Assembly (NCBI RefSeq): GCF_009914755.1
Contig: NC_060930.1
Reading direction: 5' to 3' (one strand)
DNA from: the human T2T-CHM13v2.0 reference genome, Homo sapiens
DNA length: 64,000 nucleotides
The notes beneath the pieces are model-generated. The model searched no databases and was not told the DNA's origin. It was given only the letters and a program-made list of their open reading frames with translations. Positions 29,068 through 42,000 of the stretch are shown one piece after another (the stretch's first letter is position 1; every line of letters starts with the position of its first letter). The position numbers and the translations under genes were made by a program.

Positions 29068-29999
29068 TGAAAACATTATTTTCAAGTCACATTTGAAATC
29101 ACAAAGAATTTATAAATTATTTCTCATCTAAAATAGCAACACAATATTTAGTGCAGAGATTTGCTTGAGTCCTAGCTCTTGGTCAGAATTATTCAACAAT
29201 TCTGAATTCAAGGAGTCAAGATAAACCCATTGGCTCTATTCTTTTACTGGGACCCTGCAAGGATTTTTGAAAACTGTCTGACATAGAAGTTGTGGGGAAG
29301 GGAGTGAATGCTTTCCTTTCTGAGGATATTTTCCATCTACCTTAAAAATCATTTTTAATCCATTTGAATTCTTGGGACACTTTTTAAATTTTCTCATTGA
29401 AACTAGTGGGAGAGATTAAAGAAATTTAACAGATTCACTTTTTCAGACTGTTGTAATCTCCAGCTCCCTATCCAAATATAGGAGATGATTTTTAAATGTT
29501 CCATCGAACCCTTCTATTCTAGGTTATATCAGGTTGACATAAAATGAATTTCTCTTCACCTCAAGGTGAAGCCCAGAATTGGACTGTGATATTGTGCATG
29601 ATTGGGACTCCCTCCGATGAGAAGGAAATACACAATCCTACCCATAAGCAGAGGAAGAATTTCAAGGTGCTGTGATAATTGTGAGGCCCCTTGTGCAGAG
29701 AGGAAACCCCTATGCATGAAGAGTTTGAGGCTGTCAGGCAAGATCTGTGTGTTGGGAGATTGACTGCACACAATAGGGAGAAGGCTCCTGGTAGGAAGCA
29801 TGATTAATAATTTATGGGTTATGTTGGAGGGAGGCAGGTAAGAAGAAAAAAACTCTTGTGACACCCAGAACACAAACTATATTAATTGTAAAACACAACC
29901 TCTTGCTCTTACTGCCTTAAAACTGAAATCAAAAGGGCCTACGTCTTAATTTGGCCCAGCAACCAGGTTGTACTTACCTTTTCATGTTTCTCATCATAA

Positions 30000-30500
30000 A
30001 AACTCTTGCTTTTTGCTCCCAATCCAGTCTTCCCCATTTCAGTAAATAACACCAATATCCACCCAATATAACAAGATCAAAACCTATAAGTTGTCCTTAA
30101 GTCCTTGTTTTCTTTACTCCTAGTAGATTCTGCTGATTCAACTTCTAAAAGACATTCTGAATCAATCCAGTTGTGATCTCCACCATCCCTTGCCTGGCCT
30201 TTTGCAATCACTTTCCAACTGGCTCAGGAGGTTCACTCTTGCCATTCTCCAATCCACCCTCCATAGAGCAGAGTGGTCCTCTAAACATGCGAGTCAGACC
30301 TTGGAACTGGCCTGCTTAAAACCCTCCAATGGCTCTGCATCTCACTGAGAGCGCAGCCCAAACTCCCCACCATGGTCCCCAGAGTCCTCTGTTGACTGTC
30401 TGGCTCCAGCACCTGTCTCACTTTTCCTCTTCCCTTGATCTCCCTTAGTTATGAGGCTCCTTTGCCTTAATTCTGTTTCTCAAACACATTCTCCTTAACA
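30000..30500 (+). mobile_element. L2 fragment
   Basis: cagtcttccccatttcagtaaataacacc...attctccaatccaccctccatagagcagagtggtc...cctgcttaaaaccctccaatggct. Confidence 0.8.
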
Positions 30501-31405
30501 TATTTTCTGTGGATAATATATTGTACTGTTTGACAACATAAAAATACAATGATTGAACAATTTCGTAATAAATTAATATGTGTCTCTTTTGTCTCTTTGA
30601 GTAGGTTGTATTTCAACGGTTTTGTGTGTGAGAGGGTTAAATAGGAACTTAGAACTCAGAAACTATTTTTCCCATAAAAATCATGTTACACCTGCTTGCT
30701 TCTCTCTAGACCAGGCCCTAAAATGCACATTATTGGGTCCTTCTGCAGAATATGTTGCCAAACTATCTTGGGCCTAGTAGAAATCTGCATTTTAAATAGA
30801 TTTTCATATAAATGAGCTTCAAGGAAAGTAAGTGGAGCTGGCAGTGGTGCTGGGATAGAACAGGAAGACAAAAGAGGGTAGACAAACATAAGGAGAAAAA
30901 CTAGCTAAGGGCTGCTATGGGTCAGGTGCTTTTGCACTTATCATCACATTTATTCTTCATACCACTGAGAGCAAGTCTTTCTATTTCCCCATAGAAATCA
31001 TATTGTACTTGGTAAATTGCTCCCTGGCCCAGTCCATGATACTATACCAAACAAGGGTGTGTCGTGGGGGCACTGAGTGGACTGTAGAAAACCTAGGATT
31101 TGATGCTCACCCAAAGATGCCAGGCACTTTTCCTTACACTACCTTAAGGATACGGATAAGTTGGAAAGGTTGCTTTATTGTGAAAGGGAAGGGAGAGAAA
31201 AAGTGGTGACTTTAGGATTTGCTGCCAGCCTAATCTTCCTTTTCACAGACACTGACACTGTAGATTAGGGATGAAGGAGTTTCTTCCCAAATTACTGAAG
31301 AAATTCAGTATTACCAATTTTGCTATGAATTCCTAATGGCTGCAAACATTTTCTGTGCAGATAAAGTGGTAACAGATATCTGAAATTTACAGATACTTTA
31401 CCTAC

Positions 31406-31493
31406 CTTTTAGCACTGAGTCTGATGCTCCTTCCAGGGAAGCTGAAATTGTCCATGGCTCTGAAGGAGGTCCCAGGGACTCTACTCTTCGATT
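31406..31493 (-). CDS. PKHD1: Fibrocystin exon 63 (88 nt)
   Basis: Pyrimidine tract then ttctAG|AATCGA, donor AAAAG|gtaggt. Translates [29 protein letters not shown](G). Confidence 0.96.
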
Positions 31494-32459
31494 CTAGAAA
31501 TGGGAATAGGAGGAGGGAGGAAGAAAAAGTTGGATTCAGAAGAGAATTTTGTGAAGTTAGAAAAGATGGATCAGATATTTGCTTTTATAAAGCATATATT
31601 CAGTAGAAATAAAGGAAAGAAAGTGATAAATAAATGTCTTTCTCATGTTAAGAATATATCAGAATTAACTTATTGTAAGAAGAGTGAGGAAATTATTGCA
31701 AGACAAGTTGGGGCAGGACAGTGAGGAGAGGAAAGGAAAACTATGTTTATAGAAAAGAATGGTACTATGTGCTGAAGGTTCTTAAGAAAGGAAAGGTAAA
31801 GAGAAGAAAACAGGAGAGAGCTGGGTGAGTGCCAGACCACATCAAAGTTGACAGGTTTTCAAGTGTGGACCTCAGTGCCACAGATTTCTCTCTGCAAACA
31901 TGTCAGGGGATGCATTTATAAACAGGAGAAAGCCAATTCAACAATCATAGTTCACTGTGAATTTTGTAAATACTGAAAAGATAAAATAGAATCAGGACAC
32001 AAAGACTGAAATTAGAATTAAGCACAGAAACTTCTTGTTTTACTTAATCACATATAAGAGAGATTATTTTAAAAAACATAAAACTGTAATGTATCTATAA
32101 TGTCATAAGTTCCTTCACTAGCATGTGAAAAACTTCTTCAGATATAGATCTACTTCTTTGTGAAGGCTAGATTTCAGAGAAGATGTGACAGATCTACTTC
32201 AAGAATTTGGTTGGGGAGGAAAAGTATCAGAATTTTATTTTTACCCTTGATCAAATTCTGAATGTTCAGAGAAAATAGAAGGCAGGCAGGCTGTGAAGTG
32301 GAAGGAAAATGTGAAAGTAGTGAGAAGCTCTAAGTGCAACAAATTGCACCCAGTGGGCACTCTGTAAATGTGTATCAATGATGACACACTCTAAAAGATA
32401 GGCTGAATGCTACATGCTACTTAGCTCTAAAGACAGATTTGTTACCTGTGAAAAGTTAC

Positions 32460-32595
32460 CTGCTCATCCAAAAATACCAATTGTGGCTGCACTGGAAGCT
32501 CATTTCCCACTTCTCCATCTGAAGGCTGGACTAGGATGGAAAGTGCATAGGGCCGAATATATATCAAGTTCCCAGTTTTAAAACTGCTTGTATTT
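32460..32595 (-). CDS. PKHD1: Fibrocystin exon 62 (136 nt)
   Basis: Acceptor ctgtcAG|AAATAC, donor GAGCAG|gtaact. Translates (G)[45 protein letters not shown] in frame with exon 61. Confidence 0.96.
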
Positions 32596-32996
32596 CTGAC
32601 AGATATAAAAACAAACAAAATACATCCTTAGGATTACACATATCCCTATGGTAGCAATTTTCCACAATCCATTATTACCAGTGAAAATATTTGCATTTGC
32701 CTGTGTTTCTAGAAAATAATACATTGTGTAGTGAACATGGCTTTATAGCAAAGGTTAATTGTGTATGTATTTGATATGTTTCCTTAGCTATAATGAAAAT
32801 GGACTAGGGGGTAGGGAAAATCACAAATTATGAGCATATATTTTTATCATCATTTATTAAAATCAGCCAAAAAATAAAAGCCTCAGTGAAAATTAGCCTC
32901 AGACTAATATAGATAATAATAATAAAAGCCTCAGACTAAAATGACAGGACATGGACACGTCCAATAGTAAGCTATTAAATCAGCTTTCCAAATAAT

Positions 32997-33128
32997 GCCC
33001 TGATTTGTGGATGTGTTCCAATTCTGTGATATAAATACTACCAACATAGCTAATTCTGAGATGACAAGATAATATCACTGAGCAGAGCTGGGAAGAGATG
33101 CCCAACAGCAAACTCCAGTACACCACTG
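32997..33128. mobile_element. MER63-like hAT DNA element fragment
   Basis: gccctgatttgtgg...taaatactaccaacatagc...tcactgagcagagctgggaagagatg...ctccagtacaccactg. Confidence 0.6.
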
Positions 33129-33284
33129 TTTACACAGAATAGCTCATTTAATCTTCACAACAAGCCATATTTATATTTTCCGAGCGTGTTTGTACTAAAT
33201 GGATTCAATAACTATTAATAGCATTAATGAATTAATTTACTTCAGTTGCATGAAGCATCTGAGGAGAATAATATTTAGAATTGA

Positions 33285-33480
33285 TATTTACTGAGCACAT
33301 ACTATATACCAAGTTCCATGATAAAGTGTTCATATATAAATTCATTGCATCTTTAAAATGACACTATGTGGTAGGTACTCTTATTTATATATGAAGAAAC
33401 TGAGGTCCAAAAAGGCTTAAATAACTTGCCAAAGGTCCTACAAATAGTAAGTGTTGACCAAGATCTAGAGTGGTTAACCA
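33285..33480 (-). mobile_element. MIR SINE
   Basis: atttactgagcacatactat...atgaagaaactgaggtccaaaaaggcttaaataacttgccaaaggtc. Confidence 0.85.
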
Positions 33481-36400
33481 ATGACCTATATTACTTCTTA
33501 GTTCCTTTGAACATGTTAAGTGCTGACATGACTTAGCAACAAAATGGAATACATAGAAAATAGTTACATAATTCATGACAGTGTAAAACATATTTCACTC
33601 AGAGTTTCGGTATTTTTGATGACAGAGCCTGCTTCATTAAAATAAAATTATATACCTATTGTCCCATTAAGCCTATTGTGAATTACATATCATAGGCATG
33701 CAACAGATGTTTGGCAACTAAATGCAGACACCTGGACATCACATATATATGGGACCCTGACATAGAGCAACCCTTGGTGAGTTATCCTCAATAGCCTAGG
33801 CCAGGTCTCATGAGTTATTTATTTATTTATTTATTTTTAAAGTAGCCTACTTTGCTTTCTCCCATTAAATGTAAGTCAACTATTCTATTTCCTAACCACC
33901 TCCCCTTCCCCACGTGAGGAGGAAAGGATAAAGTATTTATTTAATATGGAGGGTGCATGTCAGGAAAAAGTGAAGATTTGTTCTGAAAGAGGAAATAGTG
34001 GAAGAGCAAATACAATGGATCACTAAATATGAAGTTTCCATAGGAAGCAATTTTCTTCTCCCCTGGGAATCCTAGGAAATGCGGGCAGAGTGCAAACATG
34101 TGGTCCTAAGAAGCTCTTTAGTCATCTACCAGCTAAGACCCTGGCTTTTTGGCTGGAATCACTCCCTGGGAATTCAACTCACACTAGCCCCATCATCATT
34201 TCTTAGTTTGTTTAGCCTGAGTGGCTAGGGCTTCTTTCCTTTTTTAAAGGGAACAATTTAAACCAGATTTTTTAAATCCATGCTATTAATTCTATCCTTC
34301 TGTGGGTTCCAGGTTATTAGAAAATTCTAATGTTGTTATCAGATCCTATTTCTCCCCTAACCTTTTCCTTAAATTCTTTCTGATAGGGGCTAGGATGCAG
34401 GCAAGCAGTCTGGGTTAAAGAGACTGAAAGACCCCATCAAAGATTCTCACATAAGTACATTGACGTCTTGAGACGAAGAGAGGGAAACCAATTGCCTGAA
34501 CACCCGCTAAAAGGTCCATTCCTGACACACTTTAAAGTTTATTGTGAGCAAACATCTCTTGTTAAATGTAAACAGCATCTCACTGGAGGTCACAGACTTG
34601 CTGCTGCAGCATATCCCAAGGTAATACCACTTTAAGCTCCACATAAACTCTTAAGCAGTTTCTATCCTAAAACCTGACCGTAGGTGGTACTGTTTTTTAC
34701 GATATGTTATAATAGTGCAATAAATCTGTTAGCTTAAAATCGAATCTCCGTGGCCTTTTAGAGAAATCATCATTAAATGCAGGGTCCTGTTAATGATGCC
34801 ATCGAAGTGAAATTGTTTAATCTGCTAAGGGGGTGAAAGGTCACCAAATGAATTTTTTATAATACATCAACTTGACACGCAATAGGGAAAACTGTAATAG
34901 ATAAAAGCAAAGGAAAAGGGCACTGTCTTCTTCTGATAGGTCAATAGCAGCCAAGAGAGTCACTCATCCACTTTCCTTTCACGATGGGCTCCTTTTGCAT
35001 TTAATATGGACACCCAATTAATACCTCAGCACCACAGACAACCTCATTTTAGGTGACTTATAGCAATTTCTCCCCCTTCCCTGAAATGAAAGTGATCACA
35101 ATACATCATAGCATTGTGCGAATTAACGTTAATTGATTCAAGTTACCAAGCAATGATGGGCCACTTATATAATCTAGGCGTTATTGGGTGCTAGAAGGGA
35201 TGGAGGGAAGATTAGATTCCAGTGTCCGTTGCTGTGACGACGGGAGTCACCTGATGCCTTGTTAGACAGTTGTAAGGTTCTATTGCTGGCCCCAGTGGGG
35301 TCGTCAGTAAACTGGAGTGATGTCCAAACATCGTTACATGCTGCTCCAATATTAAAGCAAAGGGATTAGCAACTTATTGCAAGCAACCTGGATTTGTCAT
35401 TGTGCTGTCGTTATCCAATTTCCAACTGCTAATGTGACTGTAGCCTGCAGGCAGAAGGACCTACAGCCAAACTTTAAAAAATGGGGGAGAAAAGTTCCCT
35501 CCATCCATCCCAGTTTTTACCATTATTTAATAGCTTCCAATACCCAGTTAGGTATGTGAGAGATTTTTTTTTCTGCAATGCTTAAATGCAGGCTATAGGA
35601 GAAAAGTCAAGAAAATACAGAAATTTCCCAATTAAGAGATCACTCCTATTCATGTCATTATTCTTGCTTTTCGATTCCACCAGATCTGAAATGTTTACCC
35701 TGTAGAAGATGGAATTATTTCTATTTGCATGGAAAACTCAGAAAGCAAGTAAGTTTTATTAGTGAAAACTGGCTCTCAACAAGACCTACTGTGGTGGGGT
35801 GAGGTGAAGTTGGGGTGGAAATCAGAGATACTCTCTCTTCAACCTTCTTCTCAAAGCTACTAAGCCGAGTTCCTATAAAAAGCCTCATGTTTTGATTGAA
35901 TGCTTCATGATGTCCTGAGCATTTTTTATCTCTCTTGTTTTAAATAGGCTAGATAAGGCCAAATATTCTATATGTGCCACAAGGGGACTTGAAATATAAA
36001 ATGATTTTGGACAATTTTGTACTCTGAAAGAAAAAAGTAAATTCTTTAGTCAATTCTAAAGAATTCTAAATTATATATATTATGTTTATATACAGGGAAA
36101 ATGCAAATCTAATATCAACATATTTCTATATAGTTAACAAATATATGTTAACCCTTCTACTATGTACAAATGTTGTTCAAGGCACTGTGAGATATGCAAA
36201 GATATAGAACACTGTGATCTCTCCCCCTCAAGAATAACCTTCTGTATACTTTGTATGACAAGAATGACTTTTCTGGTTATCCTTCTGAGTTGATAGATAC
36301 AATTTTCTTACCTTTCATGGTCCTGATGCTCCCTTTTAAGCCTATCTAGGCTTTCTTAGCAAATAGCCAATTCCTAAGAGGGAAGAAATGTCTTATGATC

Positions 36401-37652
36401 TGACGGTTTTTTTCTGGCACTGTGGTCTAGTAGTTCCAAGCCTGGCATGTTGTGAGCACCCAGTACATGTTGTTATAGTAACACTTGCCAAATCAGTACC
36501 TACTATGCATCCCCTCTGTTCTTAGGTCACTAATTGCCTCTGAAAAACTACCACTCATCTTTGCCTTCAACTTCACATTCTGGGGCACTCCTCAAGCAGT
36601 GTGCTTACTTCTATTCTGTGATACTTCTGATTAAACTCTTGTGATTCCATGGAATTATTCATTTAAAAATGAGATTCCAGTAACCTTAGGTATAACTTGC
36701 AGTGGATCAGAAGTATATAAAGACACAGAATAAACACGGTACATCTTCCAACAATTCAGGGGACAACTACACCTCTTAGGAGTTGACTAGCTGTTAAGTA
36801 AGCCTAGGTGGGTTTAACAGGGCACAAGGACAATGAAAGATAAGTAAAATCAATTATAAGCAAAAATCAGGGGACAAAAACCTAAGTATTTTAATTGGTA
36901 AATCATTTAAAACAAGATTTTATAATAAATCTAGCATGAGTATTTTATCTAGGAGAATGAAAACTCTGCATTTTTAAAGACCATACGCAAAATAATCAAA
37001 TTTTCCTGTTTAGCCTGGGGAGCTGTAGCAGTCATAAGTCTGTACAGGAAAACAGAAATCACTCAAGGTCTTTCTAATGGAAGAGATTTAATTCAAGATA
37101 TTGGTTGCACAGGAGTTTTAGAATAGTAGAAAAGTAAAACAGGCTACCTTTCACTGTATGTGATATATTGAATGATAATTTATTGTGATTTACAATGTGC
37201 TTAGGCACACTTGAGAATATAATCATAAGTCGAAACCTTGACCACCTAATAAATTTTATAAAGATTAACATTTTATACTCAAGTTAATGTTACAAAAAAC
37301 TGGATTAATGGCTAAGCAGCTTCATAGAGAATTAATGATTTATTTGTAATAGATACTGAATGAGATTTAGTATAACATCTTCTCATTAAATAGTTGAATA
37401 AATGTTGTTTTTCATATCCATTAATTTTCAAATCTCTAGATTCTTATAGGGACCATATGATATTTTGAACATAATAGCTGTTCGGTTAACACTGGGGAAT
37501 AAAAAACATTGGCATGTAAGCTTTCAAGAGTCTATTATATTTACCTATGAGTTCACTATGTGTACAAATAATTCTTAAATTAATTGATTTTAAGTTAGTG
37601 TCGTCTGATTTTGGACTTAGAACTTTTCTGGATGTGGATATGTCAACAGCAA

Positions 37653-37756
37653 CAATAGATTACAATTAGCATCCTTTTCATAGCAAAATAGCAAAAAAAA
37701 AAAATACAATAGATTACAATTAGCATCCTTTTCACAGCAAAATAGCAGAAAAAATA
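37653..37756. repeat. Tandem duplication, about 50-bp unit x2
   Basis: caatagattacaattagcatccttttca(t/c)agcaaaatagca...ata repeated (37653-37706, 37707-37756). Confidence 0.95.
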
Positions 37757-38637
37757 CAAACCGCAGGACAAGAACTAAAGATTTAGTGGTCTGGCACCAT
37801 TCAGTATACGAAAAATAGTACCCAAGGGCATCACAGCAAAAACAGGATTGTGAAGTAAATGACAGATTTAATGATGACCATGAATCATCATAACAAATGT
37901 GAACAGTCTACATTATTTCCCATTGAATAAGCCTGGGTATTATGCAATCTTTGTCTTTTTTTAACGATTAAGAGTTGAAGACTTTTTAAAATGCTTGTTA
38001 TTAATGGAACAATTTTTAATTGTATGGAAAGCTTGCTTACGTAGAACATCTCACTTTCCCACAAAGCCACACATATGAAATAAGATTACAATAATTTTGC
38101 CATCGACCCAATTAAACAAAGTAGTGAATTTGTACTGTAGTGAAAAGAAGAAATGATGTAAAAACACTCTTTAATGGCAAAGTTGTGATTTTTGTCATAG
38201 GGAAGAAAAGAGACAAGCTGGCAATATAGGAATCTCTTCTAGGATGAACATTCTGCCGGTCTGGAAAAGAACATACTTCCTTGCTGATAGAAAGATTCTA
38301 CTCTTTCATGCTCCAAACAGCTCTCTTCTAGAAAGCAGGTGCCCAGGATACATAAAGAGGAGAAGATGCAGAAGAGAAAATGCTAAAGGTGACTGAATGC
38401 CAAAAGACTTGTATAATTGATTGGCTTTCCTGGTTTTCTTCTCTATTCCAAAGCAACCTGATAGGGTGCTCCTTATGCAGAATGGGGGAACTTAAAAAGC
38501 TACTAATATGATAAGTATATACACATTGCACACACCCAGACACACACTCCCACAGTGTCATGCTCACCCTCACAGTAACTGTTTTCATGGCCCAAAATTC
38601 ATGGCAATGTCACAAACAAAGAGCTTTATGTGATATG

Positions 38638-38820
38638 CCATATTACTTTCTATTGCTGTATAACAAATTACCACAGTCAGTGGCTTACAGTAACACAAAT
38701 GTGTTATCTCCAGGGAGTGGGCCAGGAGTCCAGACAGGCTTGGCTGGGTTTACTGAAGAGTTCACTTCCAAACAGGTTGTTGGAAGAATGCATTTCCTAT
38801 GACTACAGAATTGAGGTCCC
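38638..38820. mobile_element. MLT1 (MaLR) LTR fragment
   Basis: tattactttctattgctgtataacaaattaccaca...agtggctta...gttggaagaatgcatttcct...tgaggtccc. Confidence 0.75.
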
Positions 38821-38822
38821 TG

Positions 38823-40185
38823 AAAAACCACAATGAGATACTATCTCATGCCAGTCAGAAAGGCAATTATTAAAAAGTCAGGAAATAACAGATGCTGGTG
38901 AGCCTGTGGAGAAATAGGAACACTTTTACACTGTTGGTGGGAGTGTAAATTAGTTCAACCATTGTGGAAGAGAGTGTGGCGATTCCTCAAGGATCTAGAA
39001 CAAGAAATACCATTTGACTCAGCAATCCCACTACTGGGGATATACCCAAAGGATTATTTATAAATCATTCTACTATAAAGACACATGCACACATATGTTT
39101 ATTGCAGCACTATTCACAATAGCAAAGACTTGGAACCAACCCAAATGCCCATCAATGATAGACTGGATAAAGAAATGTGGCACATATACACCATGGAATG
39201 CTATGCAGTCATAAAAAAGAATCAGTTCATGCCCTTTGCAGAGACAAGGACAAAGCTGGAAGCCATCATTCTCAGCAAACTAACACAGGAACAGAAAACC
39301 AAACACCGCATGTTCTCACTCATAAGTGGGAGTTGAATAATGACAATACATGGACACAGTGAGGGGAACATCACACACCGGGGCCTGTTGACGGGTGGGG
39401 AGCAAGGGAAGGGAGAGCATTAGGACAAATACCTAACGCATGTGGGGCTGAAAACCTAGATGGCAGGTTGATAGGTGCAGCAAACCACCATGCCACATGC
39501 AAGAAGACAACAAATGACAACAGAGATCAACAAAGTTTTGGAAGTTGGAAAACATGGTGATGGAAACTTAGCTAAGCAGAGGATGCTTGAATCCAGATGC
39601 CTCTAGAGAAAGACCAGAAGAGGCTAGTTCACTGTGTATTATTTACTTTAAAAGTAGATGGCTACTCCGTTTCTTCCCACAAAACAGAGTTGGTAGCTTA
39701 TAGCTTTTCTTTCTTTTTTTTTTTTTTTAAGACAGTATCTGGCTCTGTCACCCAGGCTGGTGTGTAGTGGCATAATCTCAGCTCATTGCAACCTCTCTCT
39801 CCCAGGCTAAAACAATCCACCTCAGCCTTCCAAGTAGCTGGGACTACAGGCATGCACCATCACATCCAGCTAATTTTTGTGTTTTTGTAGAGACGGGGTT
39901 TCACCATGTTGCCTAGGCTGGTCTCAAACTCCTGCGCTCAAGCTATCCACCTACCTCCACCTCCCAAAGTGCTGAGATTACAGGTGTGAGCCATCACGCC
40001 TGGCCCAAAGTTGGTAGCTTTTGAAAGTAGCTAGTACTCTCTTAGAAAAATGTGTCCAGTATGGCCTGAATTTGTTGAAATGCATATAAGCTCATTAAAT
40101 TAACGAGAGCAAACCACTGGAGAACATCCTTGGTACTTTTCCATGAAAAAACTTAAAGTATAATAATAATAAAAAAAAAAAAAGA
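38823..40185 (+). mobile_element. L1PA (about PA8-10) 3' end, interrupted at 39500-40149 by unrelated DNA
   Basis: L1 ORF2 end and 3' UTR at 38823-39499; L1 terminal aacttaaagtataataataat plus poly(A) at 40150-40185. Confidence 0.85.
39705..40005 (-). mobile_element. AluJ(b)-like
   Basis: Antisense Alu; TSD agttggtagctt at 39688-39699 and 40009-40020. Confidence 0.9.
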
Positions 40186-42000
40186 AAGAACTGCATTCCT
40201 AGACTCATTTCTGCTGGCTTAAGGTCAGTTCATGGGCTCGTCAATGGCTCTCCAGTGAGTTCAATGGAAGACCCAACTGACTGTGATCAAAGCTGAAAGA
40301 AACAAGGCTGGCTCTGGAGACTGTGTCGGGCTTTAGGGTTTTGTTTCATTTTGGTTTGGTTTTTTATCATACTGTGCAACACTAGAAAACATGAGAAACC
40401 TTGCTAATTCTCATTGAATGCCATAGGATATGGCATTTCTTATTCGGGAGAAATTTGTTCAGACATACTTAAGAAGCAGCCCTTCTTTATCTTCAGAAGA
40501 TTTACTCTTTGCCTTATGTCTAGAAAATGTCTTTTAAAATGCTAAAGAAAAAGAGAGAGAGATAGGCGGATAGAACACATTCCAACACAAAATCAATGCT
40601 ATATTATACACTTTGAACTGTTTCTTATTAAATCAGAAATAACTGAGTCAAAAGTAAAAAAACATGATGGCTATGACAAATGGTGGGTGATAAATAAAAG
40701 TGATCTTTTCTCTGAAGCTGTTTCACTTCCTCATGATACAATGGCATGCCCCACATATATGTGTGTATATATCTAAACTTGTGCTGGATCCACTCTCTGC
40801 TGGTTTTCTTCTGATGTACCTCTATTGCTTCTACTCATTGACTTTTCTCTGTTTCTAGTTAAAAGCACAATATTAACTGAGTCGTCTTTTATATATAATA
40901 TAAAATCAGTCATTTTGGAATTACGACCTATTAGAAAGCTCAGTACTGTAAAATCTAAATAAAATTAAGCAATAAACTGACTCTCTTTCTCTCTAGACAA
41001 AAATTATTCATGTATGTATACTTATAATATACTTACAAGAACTCAGTGGGATCTAAATAAAATTGGGCAAAAGGAAAGATATTTCAATGTAAGCTAAGAT
41101 GCATCAGCATCATTTCTTTAAGCATTCTAATTCTCATACCACCATACACAATATTATAATAATGTCACTAACATGGTGAAGGTTTGGTAGTTGACAAAAA
41201 TATCCAAAACTGAATAAATTTTGAATAATAATAAGCTATGAGTACCTTTTAATTTTAAGTTAACAATTCCCAAAGGCCTTAAATCAACCAGATCCAGAAA
41301 AATTTGCTTGCATTTTTTCTCATCCTCTTTATATATCAATGTATAACAGGAAAGAGGAACATCCATCTCTATTATAAACACAAAAACACTAGCTAAACTT
41401 TCACTTGGATATGTTGCTCTGTGTACAAAAAGACAATCAATGTATTAGCTGAATATTTCTCCAAGTGTGAGGACGTGGTTTTCTTTTTAGTTTTGCTTTT
41501 TATTTAAGTTCTACCAAATTCCACATTCACTGGAGATGGTTGTATAGAAGTAGTCACTACCCATTAAATACTAATAGCTTATTAGCACTATCACAAATAA
41601 AATGATATAGCAGTAGCAACAGAATAACATCTATTTCACTTTACCAACCCTAGAACCTAGCCCATTGCTTAAATTCATTAAATAAATAAATAAACAATCA
41701 AATGAACTAAAAACAAGTTGCTTCAAAAATATCTCTTCCTACATGCTTTTCACCTTAAGGAATCAAAATATAATGTTTTCTACCACCTTGGAAATAGAAT
41801 AATCATGAAAAACATGAATTTAATATAGAATCTAAAAACTAAGAATTTAAGTCTTTAAATGACTCTTTGAATTTTTATTCTTATCTTAAAAAGCAGATGA
41901 GTTATATGATTCAGTGTAAGTAGATTGACATTTGCAACATATGTCAATATGGACCTAAAAAATCAGCCCTCATTTGGATGTGAATATAATTAGTACTTAC

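Noticed and set aside
32874-32940. Short repeated aataaaagcctcag / agcctcagactaa motifs
   Set aside because: Small slippage-type duplications in AT-rich DNA with no evident function.
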